From assembly GCA_947053455.1 (NCBI GenBank), contig CAMRSV010000005.1, forward strand, positions 1 through 64,000: 64,000 nt of DNA, given 5' to 3'. The position numbers and the translations under genes are program-made. Positions 51,225 to 59,629 of this stretch are shown here, piece by piece. Position 1 is the first letter of the stretch. Each line of letters starts with the position of its first letter. The DNA is from an uncultured Alphaproteobacteria bacterium (GTDB lineage Bacteria > Pseudomonadota > Alphaproteobacteria > Rs-D84). The notes below the pieces were generated by a model that had not been told where the DNA came from, searched no databases, and worked only from the letters and a program-made list of their open reading frames with translations.

Positions 51225-52463
51225 ATGAAAATTAAACCGTTTGCCGGTGTTCGCCCACCAAAAGAATTGGCCGCACAGGTTGCTTCACGCCCGTATGATG
51301 TATTAAATTCTGCCGAGGCGAAAATAGAGGCCGGGGAAAAATCGCTGCTGCATATTATAAAGCCGGAAATTGATTTCGACCCGATTGCCGACGAACACTG
51401 CGAGGCAGTCTATGACAAAGCCGTTGAAAATTTCAAATTATGGCAAGAACGCGGCTGGCTGCGCCAGGATGAGAAGGAAATGTACTATATCTATGCCCAG
51501 ACAATGGACGGGCGTACACAGTACGGTTTAGTTGCCGCCGCAAATGTTGATGATTACATGACGGGAAAAATTAAAAAGCACGAACTAACGCGCAAGGACA
51601 AGGAAGAAGACCGTATGATTCACGTCCGTATTCAGGATGCGAACATTGAACCTGTTTTCTTTGCATATCCAGACGTCGCAGAAATGAATGAAATTGTCGC
51701 GAACTTTGTCGCGAACAATGCCCCGGAATATGACTTTGTTGCAGCCGACGGATTCGGCCACAAATTCTGGGCGATAAATGACGATGCAATAAATGCGCGC
51801 ATCACCGAAATATTCAAATCAATTCCGGCAATGTATGTCGCCGACGGGCACCACAGAACGGCGGCCGCGGCATTGGTCGGGGCGGAAAAACGCGCCGCCA
51901 ATCCAAATCATACCGGAAACGAAGAATATAATTTCTTTCTGGCGGTGATTTTCCCAGAAAGCCAACTAAAGGTCATTGATTACAATCGTGTAGTCAAGGA
52001 TTTGAACGGATTGACGCCGGATGAATTTCTGGCAAAACTTTCCGAATCATTTGATATTGCCGAAATGGGCACGGAAATTTACAAGCCAACAAAATTGCAT
52101 AACTTTGGCATGTATTTGAACGGAAAATGGTATTCATTGACGGCAAAAGCCGGCACATACAATGATAACGACCCAATTGGCGTTTTGGACGTGACGGTTC
52201 TGTCAAACCTGGTATTTGATAAGATACTAAATCTGGGCGATTTACGCACCAGCAAGCGCATTGACTTTGTTGGCGGTATTCGTGGACTGGGCGAATTGCA
52301 GAAACGTGTTGATTCCGGTGAAATGGCGGCGGCATTCGCCCTGTTCCCGGTGACGATGCGCCAGATTATCGATATCGCAGACACAGGCAACATCATGCCG
52401 CCAAAAACGACATGGTTTGAACCAAAACTGCGCAGCGGTCTGGTTATCCACAAATTGTCGTAA
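51225..52463 (+). CDS. DUF1015 family protein
   Basis: RPYDV, IKKHELTR, YVADGHHRTAAA, MPPKTTWFEPKLRSGL. Confidence 0.9.
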   Translation: MKIKPFAGVRPPKELAAQVASRPYDVLNSAEAKIEAGEKSLLHIIKPEIDFDPIADEHCEAVYDKAVENFKLWQERGWLRQDEKEMYYIYAQTMDGRTQYGLVAAANVDDYMTGKIKKHELTRKDKEEDRMIHVRIQDANIEPVFFAYPDVAEMNEIVANFVANNAPEYDFVAADGFGHKFWAINDDAINARITEIFKSIPAMYVADGHHRTAAAALVGAEKRAANPNHTGNEEYNFFLAVIFPESQLKVIDYNRVVKDLNGLTPDEFLAKLSESFDIAEMGTEIYKPTKLHNFGMYLNGKWYSLTAKAGTYNDNDPIGVLDVTVLSNLVFDKILNLGDLRTSKRIDFVGGIRGLGELQKRVDSGEMAAAFALFPVTMRQIIDIADTGNIMPPKTTWFEPKLRSGLVIHKLS

Positions 52464-52475
52464 TAATAACCGCGT

Positions 52476-52502
52476 AAAAATCCCCCGAATGGGGGATTTT
52501 TT
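52476..52502. terminator. Bidirectional intrinsic terminator
   Basis: aaaaatccccc-gaat-gggggatttttt. Confidence 0.8.
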
Positions 52503-52511
52503 ATGCGCGAT

Positions 52512-52955
52512 TTATTGCGCATTTTCCGGCCGCGCGGCGCTAAACATATCAGACGCCGGCGCTTCGTCATCAGTTTCGGTTACGTATGGCGCGTTACCTA
52601 AAAGCTCATCCTGAAGCTGGTTTTCATGTTTCTGTTTTTTCTTTGTGCTATGCAAACCTTCGTCATATGCAACCCAATGCATGCCATCTGTCCAGAAATC
52701 CAGGCCAAACATAAATATTTTTAGCAAAAAGCTGGGCGGTATGCGCAGTTTGCCGTATTCGAATTTACTTAACAGGCTGGACGGTATACCCATATATTCG
52801 GCCATTTGTTGACGCGATACACCCAACAGGCAACGCGCCCGATACAGCAGTAACGACGGCGGCAATACTTGTGAAAATTTACCCAATGCGACTGGCGGCA
52901 ATTTGTATGGCTGCGGTGCAGTGTCGCCTGTCCGCTGATTTAATGTTATTGTCAT
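52512..52955 (-). CDS. XRE-like helix-turn-helix protein
   Basis: LYRARCLLGVSRQQMAEYMGIPSSLLSKFEYGKLRIP; SD ggag. Confidence 0.78.
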   Translation of the reverse strand: MTITLNQRTGDTAPQPYKLPPVALGKFSQVLPPSLLLYRARCLLGVSRQQMAEYMGIPSSLLSKFEYGKLRIPPSFLLKIFMFGLDFWTDGMHWVAYDEGLHSTKKKQKHENQLQDELLGNAPYVTETDDEAPASDMFSAARPENAQ

Positions 52956-52980
52956 TTTTTACTCCATGTTTTGATTAAAC

Positions 52981-53142
52981 AAAACCGTTTGGAAAAACCA
53001 AACGGCTGGAGGTTTACAGCTATTCAAGAATAGTCGCGTTTATTTAGATATATCACGCGCCTCCAGCCAAACTGGAGTTTGCATTGTCATTTCTGACACT
53101 TGATAAGGCTGTAACACCTTGCGCCGGGATTCCCTTTGCGAT
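52981..53142 (-). ncRNA. Novel structured leader RNA, copy 6
   Basis: TTACAGC/GCTGTAA, TCAAG/CTTGA, GGCTGGAGG/CCTCCAGCC, terminator identical to copy 4; promoter TTGCAT-16-TATAAT at 53174-53147. Confidence 0.78.
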
Positions 53143-53235
53143 GTGTATTATATCATAAAATTTGATGTATGCAAATTTTATATAAAAATCCCCGGCATAC
53201 CGGGGATTGGACACCTTATTTTAACTAAACCTTTG

Positions 53236-56200
53236 CTATATCCCCAAACGGTGGGACATTTTCAGCATGAATATGGATTCATTTCCGAATTCATCCGTAT
53301 TGTTGGGATTCACGCGGTAAATAAATCCGACCGCACCATCCGTAAATTGGCCGAAATTATGACGGTACGCGGCGCTAAAACGCAATTCGCGGTGTTCCGG
53401 AGACAACAAAACATTCGCCACATATGCATCACGCACCACCAAATCATATTTCCCATCATCCGTTTCAACAACGTCATAGTCGGAATATGCGTATTTCATC
53501 GCACCACGTGTCACCGTCAGTGGCCGCGACATAGTTAGACTGAAATTACCGGCATCTACAGCGAACGCGAAAGAGTTCGAATCCATGTGACTCAGCCCAA
53601 GTATATTTTGCCCGGCCGCATCCGCAGTCGTACGCGCAAATGTTGAACGCGCCGTAAATGTCAGGTTTTCACGCGGCGCATAGCGCAATTCGGTGTCAAC
53701 ATACAACGTGTCACCTGCCCCCATATCCAACAGGCCGCCCGTCTGCGCCCCCAGCAAAGTTTCTGTTTCACGCGCGGCACCAACAGATGCATTAAATCCA
53801 AATTTTTCGCCATGCCACCCAATATGTGTTTCCGCACCATATATCCCGCCAAGACGCGCCGGCGTATATTGCGATGAAATTGTCGGGTCGTTTTCCAATA
53901 ATCCGTCATCCGTTATGGCGCCCGAAAACGCGCGACCACCAAAACGCCATTGTCCCGATTTGAAATTCGTGTCAAACGTCACCGCGTTTGATGCCATTGC
54001 CCAAATAGGGTTATGCATTCCGTCAAAGCGTGACGCGCCATCTGTCAGATACCGTTGATAAGATGCCGCCATGTCCCAATTATCGGTTGCATAGTCTAAT
54101 TTGATATTATCAAGCCCCCCCAGATTATCCGAATACGACTTTTCCGATGCGGCTATTGAAAAACCGATATTTCCAATCTGAACGCGCGGGGCGTCAACAT
54201 TGTGCGTTTTAAATTCACCCAAAACATCGCCCATATAGAGTCCATGCTTGTCAGTTGCACCAATTGCAAATTCATTTTGCCACACACGCGGCAGTTTTAA
54301 TTCACCATCAATGCTTTCCAATATGTCATAGAACGGTGCACTAATTGATGCGGCGCGCGGGCGCAACGCGCTTGACGCACGGAACAAAGTATTTGATGCC
54401 GAACGCCAATACGCGTTTCCGTTTCCGCTGACGATTTTGTTGGCCGCCGGGTCATAGAAATATATTTTTGATGTCGGCTTGGTCGCACGTTCTAGGTTTA
54501 TCAAGCCATATCCGAAAACTTCCTTGAAAACCTCAAGATAATCTTCACCATTATCAACACGGAACTGATATTCGGACGGCAACTCATACATTGACTGCAG
54601 ATGCGCGGTCAATGTTTCCTTGGTCAACGGCGTGCCACTGGTTGATGTGCCAAGATATGCCCCATCGGCAGTCAATGCCATCAAGGTAAACAATTGTTGA
54701 TTTGTCATCATGCCACTCATACCAGAAAAGGCAGACTTTAATACACCGGCCGCCCCCGCCGCCGCCGCGGTTGCCAATTCATCCGTTAAACCGGCCGCCG
54801 CAAAACACCACGGGTCAACACCATTTGCACCCTTGCCGGCAACACCACATGCACGTGCCCTGTATTCCGTATCGCCAATCGCCCATTGGGATAAACCGAT
54901 TTTCCCGGACGGGGAATAACCGGAAACATCAGACGCCCCGGACGTGCCCGCACCATGTGCGCCAACCGCCACAATGGACATAAACAAATGCGACATGTTG
55001 TTGCCAAATATAAGTGGCGCCGCATTTTCAAATGTCGCCGTCAAAGTTTTTCCGGAATAATTCGGCCCTGTTTCAAACGCCCCGGTTGAAAAAAGCACCA
55101 ATGGAGAATAAGACGCCCCCAGCCCTTGAAAGAAAGTAAGCGCGTCCGCACCGGGTGTCGAACTGTCATTTTTGTTTAAATCATAAATATCGTTTATGTA
55201 TTTATAAAAAGCCTCGCTGCGTGCGGTGGCATTTGACCCCGCTGACAAAATATCATCAATAGTGTGCGCCGTATCCAGATGCAGTGGCGCGATAACATTT
55301 GTATTTGCAATCACATCCACACGTGAACGTCCGCCGGACAAATCAGAACTTGCTTTGGCATGTTCCGACGCGTTTAGCATTGCCTCGTAATTTTTGTAGT
55401 CAATTACGCCTGTTTCCTTGGCAATGGTCATATCACCATTTTCCAACTTATATGCAACATCAATTTTTTTATCGCCATTATTGTCGATATACAGCAGACC
55501 GTCCGCACCTATATAACCGTTATACTCAACGGTATCATTTTTTGCCACAATCTTTGTTCCGGTTTTAGTTACAGTCAATACCGTACCATCGGTTAGCGTA
55601 ATCTTGCTTAATACACCATCAGTCGTTTCATATGTGCCGATTTGTGTTTTTTCAGCAGCCTCTACCATGCCGACACCACCACCGGTGCGATAAATTGACA
55701 TTTGTCCGTTCGGCATAAATCCCAGGAAATCGCCACCGGGAAATCCGGACTGGGCACCGCCGACAATTTGCGCCAACAAATTGTCGCGACCACTGGCGTA
55801 TAAATTGTTCACGGCCGTACCAGAACCGGACAAATCCATTTCATCTAAAATGCTGCCGTCTTCGGTCGTGTACGCATCAACCAATTTTGTTTCATCCGTG
55901 TTGCCCAAAACAATAAGATTATTGTAATATTTACTAGAAAAGTTTGTAATTTCCGGATGCGTTTCGGGAATACCACCCGTAATTGTGGTCCACGCCAACA
56001 GCCTGTCATCCAGTGACCCAGTTTGCGCCGTGACCGTGCCGTCGCCCTTTGGTTTCGGTGCGGCGTTAACCCCGTTTTCGGTAACCAGCGCAACACCTGT
56101 CGGACGGCCACCGCCAACCTCTATCCCCTTTATATTTATTGGCCCCAACACAGTGTTTGGCACAGGCGACCCATTGGCATAACGCAGTGTTCGCATCCCC

Positions 56201-56916
56201 AGATACCCGCGCGCCCACGGTGAATAGCCGTGCATCAACAACATATAATTTTGACCACCCAGATTCTCTGAATTTTGCCCCAGCGCATTCATTACTTTAA
56301 ATGAATCTAGGTATGGCGACGCGCTATACAAATCCAAGTTTTTGATATAATTTTCCTTTTCTGCGGTGGCGTCAACCATGGCCGGGCCATATGGAATCGT
56401 AAATGTGGGCGTCACAGGATTTATCGGCGTACCGCCGCCGCCATCACCACCGGGTCTATCACCACCGGTTGGCGGATTGTCGTTATCGTTGCTTGGGTCA
56501 AAAACATCTGTTAATAAAAACAGCCCCCCTACAACAACGGCGGCACCCGCCGCCGCCAATGCTATGCTTTGGGCAGAAGAAAGCCCGCCGAACAATCCCC
56601 CGCTGGCCTTGGGCTTGGTACGGTTATTATACTGCTTTATCTGGCGGTCACAATTTGACGCATCTGCACCATACATCTGCAAAATTTGCGCCGCACGAAT
56701 ATCATTATTCATCAACGCCGTACAAACAATGGACAAACCCGTACTGTCGATATAATTTATATTTGCGCCATTATTGACAAGAATCTGCACCTGCTGAATA
56801 TCGGCATTTTTTGCCGCCGACAACAATTGCGCAGCAATTGTAAAATCATTCGTCGCCGCATGCAGTGCACATGGCATTACAAATATTGCAAATACTAAAA
56901 GTCTGATATATTTCAT
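53236..56916 (-). CDS. Large surface protein: ankyrin-like repeats, degenerate subtilase-like domain, probable C-terminal beta-barrel
   Basis: LLSAAKNADIQQVQILVNNGANIN; PWCFAAAG..AAGAAGVL..LTA..FGYGLINLERA; amphipathic beta-strand C terminus. Confidence 0.72.
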   Translation of the reverse strand: MKYIRLLVFAIFVMPCALHAATNDFTIAAQLLSAAKNADIQQVQILVNNGANINYIDSTGLSIVCTALMNNDIRAAQILQMYGADASNCDRQIKQYNNRTKPKASGGLFGGLSSAQSIALAAAGAAVVVGGLFLLTDVFDPSNDNDNPPTGGDRPGGDGGGGTPINPVTPTFTIPYGPAMVDATAEKENYIKNLDLYSASPYLDSFKVMNALGQNSENLGGQNYMLLMHGYSPWARGYLGMRTLRYANGSPVPNTVLGPINIKGIEVGGGRPTGVALVTENGVNAAPKPKGDGTVTAQTGSLDDRLLAWTTITGGIPETHPEITNFSSKYYNNLIVLGNTDETKLVDAYTTEDGSILDEMDLSGSGTAVNNLYASGRDNLLAQIVGGAQSGFPGGDFLGFMPNGQMSIYRTGGGVGMVEAAEKTQIGTYETTDGVLSKITLTDGTVLTVTKTGTKIVAKNDTVEYNGYIGADGLLYIDNNGDKKIDVAYKLENGDMTIAKETGVIDYKNYEAMLNASEHAKASSDLSGGRSRVDVIANTNVIAPLHLDTAHTIDDILSAGSNATARSEAFYKYINDIYDLNKNDSSTPGADALTFFQGLGASYSPLVLFSTGAFETGPNYSGKTLTATFENAAPLIFGNNMSHLFMSIVAVGAHGAGTSGASDVSGYSPSGKIGLSQWAIGDTEYRARACGVAGKGANGVDPWCFAAAGLTDELATAAAAGAAGVLKSAFSGMSGMMTNQQLFTLMALTADGAYLGTSTSGTPLTKETLTAHLQSMYELPSEYQFRVDNGEDYLEVFKEVFGYGLINLERATKPTSKIYFYDPAANKIVSGNGNAYWRSASNTLFRASSALRPRAASISAPFYDILESIDGELKLPRVWQNEFAIGATDKHGLYMGDVLGEFKTHNVDAPRVQIGNIGFSIAASEKSYSDNLGGLDNIKLDYATDNWDMAASYQRYLTDGASRFDGMHNPIWAMASNAVTFDTNFKSGQWRFGGRAFSGAITDDGLLENDPTISSQYTPARLGGIYGAETHIGWHGEKFGFNASVGAARETETLLGAQTGGLLDMGAGDTLYVDTELRYAPRENLTFTARSTFARTTADAAGQNILGLSHMDSNSFAFAVDAGNFSLTMSRPLTVTRGAMKYAYSDYDVVETDDGKYDLVVRDAYVANVLLSPEHRELRFSAAYRHNFGQFTDGAVGFIYRVNPNNTDEFGNESIFMLKMSHRLGI

Positions 56917-57032
56917 AATATAAATTCTCTCTGTGATAAATATTTTAGCAATAACACTATTATATGTCTAGAGAAAAAATAACAAAAAGTCCGCCAGTGA
57001 CGACGGACTTTTATTTATACAGATTTAAAGTG

Positions 57033-58595
57033 TTATCTGCGTGTGCGGATACGGCTTTTGACAACCGCTGTTTCAATAACGCCACGACATTGCTGATACT
57101 GCTGCACGGGTTGCGCCTCCTGCTGCGGTGTATCATTATTGCCACCGTTGGTCGTCACAGGCGCACAATTATAATAATTGTTCACCGAACCATTGTTGAC
57201 ATTTACTGTGGTATTTACCGCACCCTGATTAACATTTATATTAATTGTCGGGGTCGTACGTGGTTCAACTACAACCGGCTCATCCTGCTTCGTCTTGTAA
57301 ACAGGCGGGTGATCAATAACAATCGGCTTGTTTTCATGTGCTTGATACAATTTTGATGTATCAATAACAACCGGCTCATCCTGCTTCGTCTTGTAAACAG
57401 GCGGATGATCGATAACAATTGGCTTGTTTTCATGTGCTTGATACAATTTTGATGTATCAATAACAACCGGCCTATCCTGATGCGGTTTCACGGTCGGTTT
57501 AGGCTGCGGCGCGGGCGCAACCTTTACAGGTTTTGCTTTTTTTGCAGGCTTTGTATTTTTTGCCGGTACTTTCTTTGGCTTTGGTGCCGGTTTTGGTGCA
57601 ACATTTTTCTTTTCATTTTTGCATCTGCTTGCCTGTTTCTGACAATCCGCCAAAGAATCCTTGGTCGCGTTCAACAAAACAGCCGCACTAACAAGGGAAT
57701 CTCTTAAATTCATTATAAGCGAATCCTTGTCATTGGATGATTTTATTACAGCATTAATATTTTTGCGCAACGCTTCCCTATCCATGCGTTCGCGGTTTAA
57801 ACTATCGGCATATTTGCGACGAATGTCTTCTTTTTCCTGGGCTGCGTTATTTGACCCGGTGCAATTACACGATGCCCAAATGATAAAAGCCACCAATGCC
57901 GCGGATGTGCCAAATTTTACCAACTTGTCTTTTGCGGCATAAAATTCCTTTAATTTACTTTTTAAATTATCTAACGGCATCATTGCCCCCTTTTGTTTTG
58001 TCGGATTAGAAAACACTGGATTTTGCAATTTTACCAACTGGACAACTTTTTCTAAAAATTTTGTGTTGTTCGCACCATCGCTTGCAAAGTTTTCCAAAAT
58101 ATTACGTGCAGCTATGTTGGCATGAACATTACTTTCTATTCCACCAAAATCCATTCCCCCCAGCCAATACAGCGACAGCGGGTTTATTTTGCCCGTTTCT
58201 ATGTCACGCGTAACAACCATACAAACAATTGCACTGCCTTTTGGGTCATATTTCGGCTGCGAAATTAATCTACCCCACTGCTTGCGCTGATGTTCAGAAC
58301 TTTTTACCGTCATTGCAGCCATCGCCACCATCGTCACCTGACGAGATGCCTGCAGAATTTCCGAATGTTTTTCCAGTTCCTGTTTGAACTTTTGCGCCTT
58401 TTTCAAGGTATTTTCAATATTTGAAAGTTCACACCCGTTATACATTTTACAGTTACAGGAATTATTATCAAAATTAATATAAGCCAAATGCGGAAAATCA
58501 TCACCAAACAATTCCGCCATTTTTGCATCTGTCAGCAATTCCGGCCCCGCATTGGCTGATACAACCTGCTTTTCATCAATATTATATTGTGTCAT
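57033..58595 (-). CDS. Hypothetical membrane-anchored protein with coiled coil, Pro/Lys-rich linker and repeats
   Basis: TM SAALVAFIIWAS; KPAPKPK region; duplicated 32-aa unit. Confidence 0.75.
   Translation of the reverse strand: MTQYNIDEKQVVSANAGPELLTDAKMAELFGDDFPHLAYINFDNNSCNCKMYNGCELSNIENTLKKAQKFKQELEKHSEILQASRQVTMVAMAAMTVKSSEHQRKQWGRLISQPKYDPKGSAIVCMVVTRDIETGKINPLSLYWLGGMDFGGIESNVHANIAARNILENFASDGANNTKFLEKVVQLVKLQNPVFSNPTKQKGAMMPLDNLKSKLKEFYAAKDKLVKFGTSAALVAFIIWASCNCTGSNNAAQEKEDIRRKYADSLNRERMDREALRKNINAVIKSSNDKDSLIMNLRDSLVSAAVLLNATKDSLADCQKQASRCKNEKKNVAPKPAPKPKKVPAKNTKPAKKAKPVKVAPAPQPKPTVKPHQDRPVVIDTSKLYQAHENKPIVIDHPPVYKTKQDEPVVIDTSKLYQAHENKPIVIDHPPVYKTKQDEPVVVEPRTTPTININVNQGAVNTTVNVNNGSVNNYYNCAPVTTNGGNNDTPQQEAQPVQQYQQCRGVIETAVVKSRIRTRR
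57271..57471. repeat. 96-nt (32-aa) tandem repeat, about 2 copies
   Basis: acaaccggctcatcctgcttcgtcttgtaaacaggc at 57271 and 57367. Confidence 0.88.
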
Positions 58596-58748
58596 ATTTT
58601 CCTACTTTGTTACATTACACACACAATATAGACAAAATATTATCTTTTGTCAAGCAAAAATACAAATTCTTTCTTTTTTTGCAAAAGACTTGTCTTTTTC
58701 TTTTGCGGACTGTGCCATTTTTTGATATAATTTGTTGAAAAGAGAGAG

Positions 58749-59621
58749 ATGAAAACAAATATATTATTCTTTGCATTTGTTACGGCATTATTCCCGGCGA
58801 TGGGTAATGCGGCGACCACCTGTTCCAAGGCAAACCTTACACGATGCCTGGATTCGGCCTGCGCAATAAACATTTCATCAAACCCTGCCGCAAGATGCCA
58901 ATATTGTGGCACCGCCAGCGCTGGCACCCCACCAACTAAAAAGGGAATGCAAAGTATCTCGGTTGGCACATCATCTAAAAATACCCTGACTGAAAAAGAA
59001 TTAAAATCCGCACCAAGCGACCCCGGTGAACGTTATGTATGGGCTACGTCACAGTGTATCGCCAAACTTGGCGGGACATGCACAACGGATGATGTTGCGG
59101 ACACATATGACAAATTGATTGAGCAATCGTGTAAAGCCGCCGGCGTCACCGCACAACGCGATTCGGCACGCGCATCACTGAAAAAGACAGTATCAAGCAC
59201 ATCGTGCAAAACAGACATAACTGCATGCTTGATTGCCGACAAAAAGTGTGGCGCCGATTACAGCGCATGCGAAGACGACACGGTGTTTAACAATTACTTC
59301 TCTGCCTGCAGCGTAGAAGCCGTCGGTTGCGACCAACATCTGTCTTCGATACGCGAAGGATTGATTGCGGCACGAAATGATGCGGTAAAGAACGCGGATG
59401 TATTATTAGCCGGCATCGTTAAATCCTATCAAGATAAACGTAACGCAAAACTAAACGCTGCGAAAAAAGGCTGTGAAAACGATAACGCACGTGATTTGTG
59501 CATTGAAACGATATGCCAAAACAATATGAAAAACAAATGCGCCATAGGATTCGAATCAGAAAAATCAGCGGCGGTACAGTTATGCAAATTCTATGACACG
59601 GCGTGTAATACACTAAAGTAA
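58749..59621 (+). CDS. Secreted Cys-rich helical protein
   Basis: Signal peptide; CLDSAC, CGADYSAC motifs related to the CMDxFC family. Confidence 0.8.
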   Translation: MKTNILFFAFVTALFPAMGNAATTCSKANLTRCLDSACAINISSNPAARCQYCGTASAGTPPTKKGMQSISVGTSSKNTLTEKELKSAPSDPGERYVWATSQCIAKLGGTCTTDDVADTYDKLIEQSCKAAGVTAQRDSARASLKKTVSSTSCKTDITACLIADKKCGADYSACEDDTVFNNYFSACSVEAVGCDQHLSSIREGLIAARNDAVKNADVLLAGIVKSYQDKRNAKLNAAKKGCENDNARDLCIETICQNNMKNKCAIGFESEKSAAVQLCKFYDTACNTLK

Positions 59622-59629
59622 ACAAGGCA

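Noticed and set aside
19844-53142. The six repeated leaders as MITEs/IS ends, CRISPR units, T-boxes or retron/bridge RNAs
   Set aside because: No terminal inverted repeats or target duplications, not arrayed, no T-box consensus, and no transposase, recombinase, Cas or RT gene in the window; orientation is always promoter to downstream gene
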